This document shows positions 28,648 to 42,376 of a stretch of DNA of 64,000 nucleotides, one piece after another. The stretch covers positions 16,196,567 through 16,260,566 of the forward strand of contig CM120649.1 in the NCBI GenBank assembly GCA_051362555.1, in the 5' to 3' direction. The position numbers and the translations under genes were made by a program. The notes beneath the pieces are model-generated. The model saw only the letters and a list, made by a program, of their open reading frames with translations, searched no databases and was not told the DNA's origin. This DNA comes from Lingula anatina (Eukaryota > Animalia > Brachiopoda). How positions within the stretch are numbered: the stretch's first letter is position 1; each line of letters starts with the position of its first letter.

Positions 28648-30661
28648 ATAAAGCTAGAGCTCAGTTCGATGTGCTCATACAAGTACACGGACATTGACAA
28701 GAAATGAAAGAATTATGCGTGTAATTGGGCCAATCATATATGTATTCGTGACGTGCGACATGTATTTATCACAGGCCAGTTTGTTTGTATGGCAATAATG
28801 GCATGTGTAATTAAATGTGAATGTCATCGAGCAAGGTATATCATATAACCTGATGATGATGGCTCTGGCCTGTGACATATTCATTATAGAAGATAAAGTA
28901 ATGAGATTGAATAGATACAAGGGGAAGCCCACAGGTGTCAGTATTCATATTGTTACCTGCCACCAGAGTAAATACGGAGTACTAGATTCAGATTGCTATG
29001 TCATTCTCATCCGTACTAAAGGAAAGAACCATTATCGCTTGATGTGAACGGACATCTTTGACCCCTCAAAATTTAAGGGGGTTCAGGCAGGTACATGCAC
29101 ACACCTGGCGTTCTATCAAACAGTGACGAATAAGTGTCCTAAAAGACGAAGATTACTTAAAACGACTGATTTGCAGGTAAGCCCTCACATTACTATTGAC
29201 TCCGTTTTAGCGATCCCATTCAGTCGATCGATGTACGTTTATGAACAGATTAAGGTCAAAAATGACCAATTGCAATTGAGATAACGTGTTTGTGTACATG
29301 CACATGTACGTTTGTATATAAAATGTATAGGGACGAACGGTATAAGGTCATTAATTTGGGTTTGGTGATGGTTGATCTTTACCAGAAGACCAGCTGGAAG
29401 ATGATGCTGTTGTTCAAATAACATCCGCGCCTGTGTAAGATGATAGAGATACCGCTTCCCCTTTATTCTTTATTTGTACGGGTAAGACTCGCCCTAAGTT
29501 TTGACCCACTTAGGCCAGGCTAACCCTAACCATTATAACTAAATGGAGGGCGGACTTTCTGTCACACGGATTCTCAGTTCCTTTACATCGTTCACAGAAC
29601 AGAAATGTACACAGGTAGATAAATGTCAAAGAAGTGAAAAGCTTTCCCTTTGTCTGGTGGAGGGCAGTGGAGTTGGTACAGGTTTAATTTCAGGCCTACC
29701 CAACTACCAGATGCTGCACCGAAGGATCCAGAATTCACCGGTAGATCGGATCGCGCTACCGGTTTTCAAGGTGTTTATCAATACGCATTTCATCTTTGCC
29801 ATACTGATTATCGTTGCCTTGGCTCTACGACCCTTCAAACAGTATGGGCTGAGGACATGACGAATACCAGTTAAGATACCACGGGGAATATTGTACTTGT
29901 TATTGTTATCATAAGCATATAATTTGCGCTTTATTACTTATTTACTACCTTTACTGGTTCTTCATTCTTATTTAAGGTTAATCACAATCCCACTGAAACA
30001 AAGGGTGACCATATAAAATACCCATAAATATATAAATGGATAGGGGTCTTGCCGTAATAGTCCATATGGACAGATTAAAATGGTTAGACGTATATATATT
30101 TAAAGGCATTACATATTTGTGGCGATTTTAGTGTAAGTTGCAAGGTATATGGTGCAGGTCAGGGCACATGGATAGAAGATAAGGTAAGGAGATTGAATAG
30201 ATACAGGGGGAACCCTACAGCTTATCGGTGAAAAAGAAATCTAAGAACCTGTATAACCACAGGCGGGTTATTACTGTACAAATGTCAGTCTTCATATTGT
30301 TCCTTTCCGCGTAGAGTAAGTACTGGGTACTACATTTAGATGGGCTGCTCAGTCGTTGTAATCAGTCGTCTTTTTCTACAACTGGAGTTAAAATATTTAT
30401 TAATTTATTAATTAATACTTATCTCTCGTCGGCTAATGAATGAAACACTGAACATTTTATATCCACCTTATAAATAGGCCCTATTTTGGAAAATAAACAC
30501 CACAGTTACAGGTTCTGCCTGCTTAAGAAATCATAAGCTTTAGGAAGTCATTTGTACATGTATTGTGGTACTTCCAGTATTCTCCAATATATACACAGGA
30601 GACTATATTTATATTTTTTAAATTTTCTTTTCAGCTAATGTGGTAAGCCAAGTCGGCCATA

Positions 30662-30970
30662 ATGGACACTCCGCATGCGTCATTCGACGAGGAATTCACA
30701 TGGAAGGGCAAGGCCGTTGTCGTAATATTCCCAACTTCTTTCCTATTCTTTACGGCACTTAATCGGCTGGTCAGTCATTACACACCTGAGAAATGCGCCG
30801 GATACCCAGATCGCTGGACAGCTTACGTTATATCCTGGCTACATGCTATTCTGAATGGCTCTCTGGCCTTAATACTGTGAGTGTCTTGTGGTGAAATTTT
30901 AAGATTCAGTTCTTATTTAATATTATTTCATACAGGTGTGGATTCCATACCAGTTGATCTTGAAACGTAT

Positions 30971-31025
<55 letters not shown>

Positions 31026-32238
31026 TGTATTTTTGTCGGGTCATCTGTATTTTCATTCTTTTATATGTTTATCTATAGATTTAATACTCAGTTTTATATG
31101 AATAAACTAAATCAATATATCGATGAATTTATCAAGTTTGTGAGCTTTTTGTAATATACGTGTATATCGATCTGTATATCTTACCACATTTGTCTCTAGT
31201 AAATCTAGGGCCTTTGGCAGGAACCAGTATTATGCAAGGTACCTGTATACCCAAATTAATTGAAATTTTCCTCGATTAACTATTGGCAAGACCAGGTGAC
31301 TTCTCCCCGGTTTTTATCAAAACGCTCGTCTGGGTCATGGGGCCTATTGCAGCTTGTTGCAAGAGGTTCCCGATTTCTAGATCCACACGTTCATCTTTTT
31401 TTGATAAATTTTTTGCTAGGTGTCGCTGGTTCACCAGGTTGTCAGCAAGATAGGAAGCATCCGCCGTGGCTTACAGTGAGAAAACATGTCCCGTTTTTCC
31501 GAGGAAATATTTCTAACTTCCGTTTAATTTCTTTTAAGGACGCTGTCAGGACGCGAGTGGATCGAGAGCACTCCCTGGGCGTTCTATTTACACTGTATGT
31601 CAGCAGGTAAGTATTAATCTTGAGGCGATTACTTAATAGGCCTATTCACATGAACCGGGTATTCATTTAGTGGATAGATCTTGAAAATAACTTAATTCAG
31701 GTATCAAAGTATGCTGTGTACATTGTGATTTGATTAGGCGGGTACCGGGGTATTCAGGCCCGTAGCCAGCAATTTCAAAAGGGGAGTTCTTTTTCTGAAG
31801 TGGATCTTTTTCCATAAAAACTTCATGTACCTAGATCAAATTTTACCCAGAGTGGACCTTTTCCCAGCATAAGGGGCGGTTCTTTCGTACCCCCCGAACC
31901 CCCCACCCCCCACCCCCACCCCCAGCAACGGGCCTGGTATTTGATATATATTTGTATATAAAATACTGCTTTCACTTTTCTTGTTTTATGTCTTTCCGTG
32001 TTTTTTTCGCAATACTTTCTGGCGAGATTCATTTTTGTGTGGTATTTCTTTATGTAATTCACAATACATACAGACAGGTTAATGACAGGATTATTCTCGT
32101 GTCAAGAAGGAAATTTCAAGATGATTTTATCTACATGTATATCATTCATTTCCAGGATATTTTGCCTACGATGCAGTTGCTATGGGTATCAGCAAAGAAC
32201 AGATAGGAAGTTTTGATATTTATTTGCATCATATTTTG

Positions 32239-32292
<54 letters not shown>

Positions 32293-33393
32293 GCCCTCTT
32301 TTTCGTCATGTAGAGACATGCACCTTTTTACTGATATCTAATTAAATACTTAAAGCATTACTATAGCTTAGAAAAGTGAATATAATAGCCATAAATGTAT
32401 GAAGCGAATATGTTGGGTGCTTGCAGTACCCAGCGATGGAGAGATGGTCAATCCATTCAAACACGACAGAAAAAAGAAACAATTGCACAAATATTATCAG
32501 GATGGGTGTTTTTAACAAATTAAATCAAACAAGAATTGGTTCATTTGAGATACATGTACGTTGTTTTATTTATTAACTTATAATTTCTTTTATCATTAGT
32601 GTGCGTTCTTCGTCACGGCTTCGCAGTTTCCCCCATGTGGACAAGTCACAATATTCGTTCTTTGGGATTACTTGTGTGAGATAACAAACGTCTTTCTGCA
32701 CGGAAGAAAACTTCTAGCGATGTTGGGGCGAAGAGAATCGACGCTGTACAAGAGGCTCAATGGTTTATTTTTGGGTACACATATTTCTATATTTATAGAA
32801 TATGTTTTCTTTAAAGATGATCTGGCAGACTTTAAGAACCCATTCCCCATCTCCGAGTGGATTCTCGCTAAATTGAATTCAGATTAAACGGCTTAGATGT
32901 CTGGCACGCCTACTGAAGCTGCTAATCGATAGTGAATTACCCCCTTACAGCTTAAGTAGGCGTGTCAGACATCAGAGCCGCTTCAACTGAGTGCAGTATA
33001 GCGAGAATCCCCCCGGAGATGGGCCGATCCCGCTAGATCGATCTAGGTATGGGAATGGGGTCTTTCTCAGTTTAAAATTAAAACAGTTGCCAAAATTTAG
33101 AGTCTCTTTGTAAATGTATCGGCGAGTGTTGATTAGGTTTTCTTCAATTGAAGGTTATATCTAATATTTTTGCATTTATATTTCCAGTGACGTTCTTCAT
33201 CTTCCGTTTCTTTCCACAAGTATTCGTCTTTGTGATGTTAAACTTCGACTTCTGGTTCACAGCACAGCTGCCGTTGTTGTGTTACGTCATTTCTATCCCG
33301 CAGCAAACAATCGTGGTTCTGATTGGATCAAATATAGCATATCAAATAGTGAGAAGGTCAAAACGTGGCCACAACAAAGTGGCGACAGACTAA
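30662..33393 (+). CDS. TLC (TRAM/LAG1/CLN8) domain protein, TLCD1/2-like, copy 1, 248 aa
   Basis: Exons 30662-30876, 31539-31606, 32156-32238, 32600-32774 and 33188-33393, all in phase. Motifs ISWLHA, GYFAYD, HH, EITNVFLHGR and FFIFRF. Confidence 0.9.
31755..31936. mobile_element. MITE with TIR CAGGCCCGT
   Basis: CAGGCCCGT...ACGGGCCTG, flanked by GTATT on both sides. A diverged second copy lies at about 16623-16805. Confidence 0.7.
32836..33062. mobile_element. MITE family A-related copy in TLC gene 1 intron 4
   Basis: GAACCCATTCCC...GATCGATC...GGGAATGGGGTC termini and an internal palindrome. Confidence 0.7.
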
Positions 33394-35188
33394 TCGGTAA
33401 ATAAGATAGTTACACAACAAAGCAGAATGTCCAAAAGACGAAACACGATGCCATGGAAAGATCACTGGGAGTAATTTTGATTTGAGGTTCTATTCAGTGG
33501 AGATGGGGCACATCAAATCCGTACACAACGCAGCGACTTACATTTTATGTATTTATTTTGCTAATTCATTTTTTAAACCTGCACGTTTTGTCCATGCGAA
33601 TTTATATAAATACTTGCATTTTATCATTGTGTCCATTAGTCGTAGACAAATAAAATATTTCATTTATTTTTAAAAGGAGATTTATCTGTTAATTGCAAAA
33701 GCGAGAGAGAAACTTTTCCAACACAATTTCCACCTTGGTTTTAAAAATTTACTGCTTCATCTATAAACGCGTGCTCTCAGTGCGTTTCGTCCAATTTTTG
33801 AATTCGATTTTATTCCCTTTTTTGATTAAACGATTGAATTCTTAATGACTAGCACTTAACCATTTAGATCCCCATGTTTTCCAGGACATTTCACTATCGA
33901 CGCTAGCTACCTAATTTTGAAGGGTGTATAGCTTTCATGATCTGAATTGGAAAATATTAGTAGCTTTGCAGGATGTCAAGACATACACACACTGGACAAT
34001 AGAAGTGTCACTCCTACTGAACCAATACTTTGTCAGAGATAAATGACTGCGGAATGATATGCTCCTGGTATCATTTTATTAACATCAAAATTCACAAAAA
34101 GACCAACAATACAATTCCATGGTACAGCGGTTTTAGTCGTTTTATACTCATTAGTCACATTACAAGTAGACCAGGCATTATAACTATTCAAGATCTACCT
34201 ACTTTGATTACTCTGATTCAGGGGGTTACACTTCTATTGTCCAGTATGTGTAGCAAATATGACGTTGAAAAAAATTTAAACGCGTATAATATACTGTTAA
34301 TAATAACTGTCGCAAAGCTCCGTAAAACTTCATTTTGTTATTGTTTTTGTGTGTGTGTGTGCGAGTGTAGGTTCTCGTGTTGATACCAAATCCACGACGG
34401 TTATACTTCTCTTATAAATCTTACCCCTGTTACCTTGTGTTATTCGATCACAGCAAAGGTTTGAGTTAATATATCCTTGGACCTAAATAGAGATTTAGGT
34501 CCAAGATATATCTTTGTGTTGTGACCCTCCAATGCGGTGACAGATCAAATTTGGTCCGAAGTCGCTGATGATTTGGGAGTAGGAATTGCTCTTTCTTTCT
34601 AGAAATATTTGACTTGATTGTGAGTAGAAATTGCTTTATTTTCTAGAAATATTTAACTTGATGGCATAACTTCGACTTCAAACTACCACCACACATACAT
34701 GTATGATAACTGTAGCTTGATTATGGACCCCAGTTCATTTGTACTTGCTTGCAACGTAAACTGTGACATTCGGAACGGCATTAAATATCAAAATATAAAG
34801 TGGCAGATTATAGCATTATGGAATCAGTGGTGTGTCGTCACTGCCATCTATTTCTTTCATTGATGTATATTCGCCAGTAGACCCGACTGAAGCATCACTG
34901 AATGCGTTAGTTGTGCGTAGAGGTTAGCGGCTTGATTGCGTTCCGTTCGTCTCCAACCGAAATCCTTTTCCCCCTTGTTCTCACTTGGCCCTGATTGTGT
35001 ACTCTCTACCAGGGCGACAGCTTGATTTTTCGCCAGATATGGTTTTTCAGTTTTTCCCTATAATATCTACCACCCAGGCAGAGGGTACTGATTGTTCGTG
35101 TCGTGCTCCTTAAATGTGCCTTACGATGATGTAATGCAACTGCAATCTCCTTATGTCTCTGGTGCTTTCTTCTGCTATTGTTCTTAAA

Positions 35189-35274
<86 letters not shown>

Positions 35275-35497
35275 CACACAAAAGTCAACAAGCATCTCGC
35301 CCCTGATAATTCTTTTCCTTAGTCCGGAGTTTCCAACCCCGTTCGAAATCTTTTCTTCTCCAAGACACAAGTCACAAGAACCACGTCGTAATCTTTACCT
35401 TTACATCTGGTTAAGATCTGTATCAAAACATTCAACCCATAGTAAGAGCTAGTCTGCTTGGCGCAACATTCACACCTGTGTGAAAATTAGATTCTTA

Positions 35498-35788
35498 GAC
35501 TGGATTCCCATGCGTAGATCGATCCATCTGGGCATGGGAACCCAGTCTAAGAATCTGGATCTGGATCGATCTAACTCCCTGGGGAGTCTCACTAAATTGC
35601 TATCAAACTAACCGGCCTAAACGTCTGTAACGCCTAGTAAAACTGTTAGGGGGTAATTATATTTACCCCTAGCTGATTCGGACATTTGTGACAGACATTT
35701 AAGGCTCTAGAGCTGATAGCAATTTAGCGTGAATCCCCAGGGAGTTGGATCGATCCAGATGGATCAGTCTAAGTATGGGAACCCAGTC
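35498..35788. mobile_element. MITE family A-related copy
   Basis: tta|GACTGGATTCCCAT...ATGGGAACCCAGTC|tta, with an extra terminal mini-hairpin at 35498-35548. Confidence 0.8.
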
Positions 35789-37815
35789 TTATTTGATGAG
35801 ATCAGACACACTTTAATTTACCTCCCCATTGTTTAAGGAGTCCACGCTGTAGTTTCAAGAAGCAGTGACAATTAAGCGACCGAAGAGACGAGACTACTTT
35901 GACCAAGCTTTGGCGCAGGTTTAACATCTGATCTAGAGGTAAGTAAAGTTCGTCTTAGATAGGGCATCAGACGGCTCACTTTAGGCCACTTAAACCGGGG
36001 ACCTTCATTCACCATTTACTAATAAGATTAATAGCTCATGATCAGCGCCAGTGCCATATTTTATGAGCAGGTTTAGGACTAGGAAATTTGAAGCCAAGGT
36101 CTAAAGTTTCTCCATACACAAATTATTATGATTGTACCTTTTTAGTCTTTAAATGCGAGAGAAAACGAACTATTAATTCTTGCCTGCAGTCAGGGTACTT
36201 CGGTTAAGGTACCCAGACAACATGACTATTAGCGTTCCCATTGCTGGGGTGTATGGGCTAGCTATAGGTTAATAATAACCCCGCCGTAACTAGTTTAATG
36301 CTAGCATGTGACATGCAAGGGGAGTGTTGCGGGCATATTAAATGTATGGAGGAAGATGTACTTGATTCAGCCCTAAAACTGTTAAGCAAAACGCTCAAAT
36401 TTTCACCTGTTTTCGTTTATTGTCATTTTCATATTTTTTAAAAAGTTAGTAATGAAAGTGGAAATCTTAATCTGAAATTGATTCATGCTTCTAACAATAG
36501 TCATAAGCCCTTAGTACCAGAAAATCATTTAACTAGTGGTCAGGAAAAATTTTAAATTGATTATGAAGTACTAGTGCCAGTATGTGCTAATGGTTTATTT
36601 AGCATGCAAGATGGCCATAATGATTGAGCTCCCCCCCCCTCTCCGCAGTTTAATAGAGGATATCAAAGATACCCAACATCTGGGACAGTGTAATGGTGAG
36701 CTGCTCCCACTAAACTGACCATACATTGACTGCTTAAGGCATTGTCACACCTACCATATAGCACTACGTATAAGAAAAAATGCCCATACCCATACCTTAC
36801 GAGTACGCATGCAGACACACGTGGAAGCACGTTCCAGTACCCGGAAGGGAGATAAAATGTTTTGAGTATGTTCAAAAACAACTCCTATTACTGCGAACCA
36901 GTCAATAACTCAACAACGAATCTTTAAATTTCACCTTTATTGTTCACGCACATTTTTTAGCTATTTATAGTGAATTCTAAGGTGAGTTCTGGGGTGAATT
37001 CTGAGGTGAGTTCTGAAGTGAGTTCTGAAGTGTTTTCTGATGTGGTGAAACTAAACAAAAAATAAGTAAAATAGATAAATAATAATAATAAATAAATATA
37101 TTACATAAAGTGTACGCACAAATGCAAATATAAAGAACGGAGAGAGAGAGAGAGAGAGAGAGAGATACGAACACGCAAATATCGACAATATGACTAAACT
37201 ATGAAATTAAATATATATCTATAGTACTTACACAACATTCGGCAACTTAAAGATTGAGTACACAGTAACGTGGCGGCCAGGAAAGCAATTGTCTTATTAC
37301 ATTTCGAAGAGAAAAAACCTGACCGCACCCAGAAGTGGTGTGCGCTCGCTTTTATAGTGAGCGTTGTCAAAAAGTACTCAAATATTCATGACCCTATTAC
37401 AGCGACATTGCAGTAGGTGTGATAACGTGATATATTTGTCGATGTCGACAACAACTCCAAAGGCTGCTTTTGTCTTCATTCTAATTAGCCGGAAACGGTG
37501 ATTTCATACGCTCAAAGTTGTGCGTATTATCGACGTCACTCACGCTACTCATACACTGTACGTACCCCTTTAAGCTAGGTGTGACAGGGCCTTCAGTGCA
37601 GTGTTACTGATGAAGTCCCAAGTTCTAGGACGAAGGAGTTCACAGGTACGCTGTCAGTTAGTTTGGAAATGGAGCAGTTAAAAATTTCCTCAATATGAAC
37701 AACAGCTCTACACAAACAGATCAACTTCCGCCAGACTGATGGGTATACTGTTTTTAATTTTTTCTTTATTTTTTTTACAGCTACGATAGACCTATTCCCA
37801 CCCCTAATAAGCCAA

Positions 37816-40800
37816 ATGGACGCTGCGTCATTCAACGAGGAATTCATATGGAAGGGCAAAGCCGTTGTCGTAATATTCCCCACGTCTTTCCTATTCTTTA
37901 CGGCACTTAATCGGCTGGTCAGTCATTACACACCTGAGAAATGCGCCGGATACCCAGATCGCTGGACAAATTACGTTATATCCTGGCTACATGCTGTTCT
38001 GAATGGCTCTCTGGCCTTAATACTGTGAGTGTCTCGTGGTAAAATTTTAATAATATTATTATACCAGTTCTTTTCTTACTCTGTTTTTGTCCGGAAAGAA
38101 TTCTTATTAGTTGTTCTTCAACCTATTTATCTATTTATTTATTTGTTCAATCTTTTGAATTTTTATATACCTGTATCTACTTATCTGTACTGTAGTTTTC
38201 ACCTCTTTATGTAGTAACAGTAAGGTCTTTGGTAGGAACCGATATAACAATAGTGTAAGAAATTAAAGCAAAACGTATAAACCAAACAAGGAATTATATA
38301 GTTCTCTGGTCAAGTGAACTGTTTTAGTCGATTCAACCATTATCCACAGTATCAAGTGACCGCTCATTAACATGCCTATGAGATAGTTTTGTGCTTAGTC
38401 TGATATGCGTCTTGGTCATCCATGCAAAACAATAATGATAATACAGGCGAAACTGAACCATAAATTACATTTGACATGCAACGCCCGTGCGGTGCTAATT
38501 TACTACCCTTTTATGTCAGCGCTTGTGCGGGAGCAGGCGGTGGCCGTGCTAAATCATACGGAAGCACGTTCTCCGTAGCCTCTACGGTTTTGTTATTGAT
38601 GATATTGTATGAAATTGAAGTTGTGAATAACTGTGGCTCGATCTATCTCCGAGGGGATTCTCGCTAAATTGCAATCAACGTAAGATGCTTAGATGTCTGT
38701 CACACTGCTAGGGGTAATTAATTATCTTTTGTCAGCTTCGGTCTTCGTGCCAGACATTTAAGCCGTTTAAGTTGAAAGCAATACAGCTAAAAAAACCTGT
38801 GCGATGGATCGATCCTGTAAGATCGATCTAGGTATGGGAACCCAGTCGTACTCTGACCAAATGAGGGCTAATATGTAAGGGGGCTACACTGACAACGTAT
38901 AGGAATCCATACGGAGGGCGAACGAACACTTCACTGAGACTGACAGGTCTCCGTATGCTATCTTTTCAACTGACGAACCAAAATAAAATATGGTTGGCAT
39001 CCGTACTGAATGTTAACATACTCGCTATATATAGCCCGTAGATACTTGTGAACAGTGTAAAGAAAAGTCGCACGGAAATCGTATTCAGTTTCACCGGACG
39101 GCTTGCGGCAAATGTATGCAAGGCTTCAGTTAGGAGAATTCTTGTTCATCTGTTATTGATCATTACTGGTGATAGACCCTCGTGAGGTTTAAGCCAATTT
39201 CCACTTTTTAGCACTGAGGTGTCTTTAGTAGCCGTCGCTGGTTATCCAGCATGCCAGTAAGATGCCCTTGGTGTCACGTAACTAAACATCGGGCAAATAT
39301 GGCCCGCTTACCTCACATAAAATAATTTGTTATTAAATTTAATTTGTTTTAAGGGTCCTGACAGGCCGTGAGTGGTTTGAGAGCTCTCCCTGGGCGTTCT
39401 ATTTACACTGTATGTCAGCAGGTAAGTGATCCTGAGGCAATTATTCTAAATTCACATGTATAAGTTGATCTTGAAAATACCTTAAAGTTCTAACGTATGT
39501 TACGTTACCCCATTCCCAGAGATTAGATCGATCCAACTAGATCGACCTAACTCCCTGGGGGTTCACGCTAAATAGCTGTCAGCCGAGCGGGTACGAAAGT
39601 TAATTACCCCTTACAGCTTATAGTAGGCGGGAAGGACATTTAAGCCGGATTATCTGACAGTAATCTAGTGAGACTCCCCACGGGGATAGATCGATCTAAA
39701 ATCTATGGGAATGCGCCCATAGTGATAAGACAATTTGTGGCTATCTGATGTGCATTTATATAAGTATAGTATATACAAGTATAAGATATCATTGTTTTCA
39801 GGATATTTTGCCTACGATTCTGTTGCTATGGCAATAAGTAAGGAACAAATAGGAAGTTTCGATATTTACGCGCATCATGTCTTGGTAAGCTCCTTCTTTT
39901 CTCTCTCCTTCTCTCTCTCTCTCTCTCTCAAATTCGTCACCTAATTAGACACTCGGCTACGTATTTATGTAATGAAAGTAGTACCTAATATGAGAAAAAA
40001 AAGACAGAAAGAGAAAAGGAAATCAGTAGATTCGTAAATAGTCTGAAAAGTTTACTTCTATAGGTTTTTTTCTTACATGACGGAGAGTGGGCCGTGTGAT
40101 GCTACACAATTCTCAAGGACAACAGGAAAATAATTGCTCCAAGATATCACTATGAGTTCTTTTAACAATGTTAACCAAATGATAAATTAATTTTCTTTTT
40201 ATACATGTATTGTTTGAGATGTAGATCAATTTTTTCTTTTATTCTAGTGTATCTTCTTCGTCACGGCTTCGCAGTTTCCCCCATGCGACCGAGTCACCTT
40301 CTATGTTCTTTGGGATTACTTGTGTGAGATAACCAACGTCTTTCTGCACGGAAGAAAACTTTTGGCGATGTTGGGGCGAAAAGAATCGACGTTGTACAAG
40401 AGGCTCAATATGTTATTTTTCGGTAGATATATTTCGATATTTTTAAGATGACTTTAAGATGGTTATATTAAGATGACTTGTGCAAGAAATTGCAGTTAAG
40501 TATCAGATAGTCGAAAGTCAGGTAAGGAATCGCAAGATGCTATTTTGGCATCAAATCGCTTTAATAGGTCGAGCGGCGTAGGCTACTTTATGGTCCGGAC
40601 AGCTTTGAAATATTGACAATGCAACTTGTTATTTAAAGGGCCCCTTTGAAGGAGAAGCTGTAGTCAACAAGCTCAGTTTATATAATTGTAACACTGGGAA
40701 ACTGATTCGTGGAGAACTTGTGAAAGGGGGTAAAAATCCCTCTGTGGCGTATTTTCGATTAAGGGTCTCTTGAAGTGGACCGGTCCAGTTGCGAAAAAGG

Positions 40801-41282
40801 CCTTAAAGGCTCTGCGTCAAGCCACTTGATATCCAGATAATGACTTCAGTATTTCGTCGACTCGACAAATATATTAGAGAATTTATCGAAAAGTTGCTTA
40901 AAATGTAAAATATGCCTCACGTTTATTATACACTTTTTTCCAAATGTCGCATATGAATTGTTTATCCTTTCTGTTTGGATTTCCAAAGAAATTGTTTGTA
41001 TACGTTGTGGCAAATTTTGGTCATATTCCATTCAAAATTTAAATTATCCTTAATACTTTATCGTTTTCATTTCCAGTTACGTTCTTCATCTTCCGCTTCT
41101 TCCCTCAACTCCTCGTCTTTGTGATGATGAACGTTGACGTGTGGTACACTGGCCAACTGCCGATGATTTGTTACGTCAGCGTCATCCCGCAGCAAACAAT
41201 CGTGCTTCTGATTGGAGCAAATATCGCATATCAAATATTGAAAAGGTCAAAACGTGACCCCAAGAAAGTGACCTCTGATTGA
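37816..41282 (+). CDS. TLC domain protein, TLCD1/2-like, copy 2, 246 aa
   Basis: Exons 37816-38024, 39354-39421, 39802-39884, 40248-40422 and 41077-41282. Intact frame and the same motifs as copy 1. Confidence 0.9.
38632..38847. mobile_element. MITE family A-related copy (duplicated counterpart at about 45320-45536)
   Basis: CGATCTATCTCCGA...GATCGATC...GGTATGGGAACCCAGTC at the same position in TLC copies 2 and 3. Confidence 0.65.
39508..39718. mobile_element. MITE family A copy, inserted after the duplication
   Basis: Very similar to 28433-28647 and absent from the equivalent site in TLC copy 3 (about 46205). Confidence 0.85.
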
Positions 41283-42219
41283 CCAGTGAATGGGAACAGT
41301 ATGAATCGTGCCCACAAGAGATAACATGATATAATCGAAGGATAACTGATAAATGCGTCAATAAATATACACAACGCTACTTTGGTTGAAAAGACGTTTA
41401 TAGCCTATATATTTATTTTCTAATTCGTTTACAAATCTATGCGGTCGACTTGTACCATTATTTCAATTTATTTTTCTTCTCAGTGTTTCTGTGTAAGGAC
41501 TAGACATGAACAAGTACATGCGGGTGACTGATGAAAAACGACACGTAGTTGTGATTTGGTAACCTACTCGGCTGATTTTCTTTCGAACTGTTGAACAATT
41601 TCTGAAAAATCCACAAAAAAACTTTTTTGTTTTTTTAAGTTTCTTTAATTCACAGCAGTTTTGCTAGCATCCACAACTTTTGTATACTGGATGTAAAATT
41701 GTGTAGTGACAAGACATGTGGTGACAGGTGAATACCAACACGGCATTGCGAGTCTAAAAGGAACGTGTTACATTTATATTGAATATCCATTTATGGTTTA
41801 ATAACGTTTTGCATTGGTTTATAGACATGGTACTGTTGGATTGCATGAATAATTTTAAAGTCACACCCCCACACACAAAGAGAGAGAGAGAGGGAGCTGA
41901 TATAACAAAAATATAAGGACGATGACATAAGAAGAGGAATTCCTTTATTTATCCATGCTTCAGTCGTTGACAACAGACACCATATCTCATTCCTTCAAAA
42001 GAAAATGTGCATCGTGCATCTCTTAAATAGAGTAACTCTATTTACTTTTTGTCCATCTCTGCTTTGTTTTTAACACATTACTACCTCTGGCATCTCTAAT
42101 TTTTTTTTATTTCACGGTCCAAAAACCTGCTTTCAAGACAATGGGTCAAACGGTTTTCTGCTTATTGTTTAATCTCTGAAGAAATGCACAGTGACGACGG
42201 TGCACTGTGACTGCCAGTG

Positions 42220-42376
42220 CTATAAGAGGTTGTCTTGCAAAAGTTCTCTCTCATTGGCTAAAAATTCACGAATCAAAGCCTCGATATTTTCTTCACTGCG
42301 AGCCATATGTTTCTCCATGGACAACTGAAAATCTTCCTTCACTCCTTTGTTGACACCCCTTGTAACTGTTCGTTGC
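42220..42376 (-). pseudogene. INTS10: Duplicated INTS10 terminal exon (orphan or alternative last exon)
   Basis: 157 nt, the same length and phase as 51507-51663. Encodes QRTVTRGVNKGVKEDFQLSMEKHMARSEE...LL*. The acceptor is ttttcGAG instead of ttttcCAG. Confidence 0.85.

Noticed and set aside
29543-29874. Two overlapping ORFs with a hydrophobic C-terminus after an acceptor at about 29693
   Set aside because: This could be an orphan terminal exon, but I found no consistent upstream exons or recognisable family.
28885-30345. About 110-bp diverged repeat at about 28885-28995 and 30170-30345
   Set aside because: Short local duplication with no coding or structural signal.
35006-35452. ORFs with YI repeats (and similar HT, SL, poly-Y and poly-I ORFs elsewhere)
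   Set aside because: These are translations of (TA)n, (CA)n, (GA)n and (AAT)n microsatellites.
36968-37045. 12-bp repeats resembling a CRISPR array or an SPQN-coding repeat
   Set aside because: There are no spacers, the context is eukaryotic, and the ORF is otherwise microsatellite-derived.
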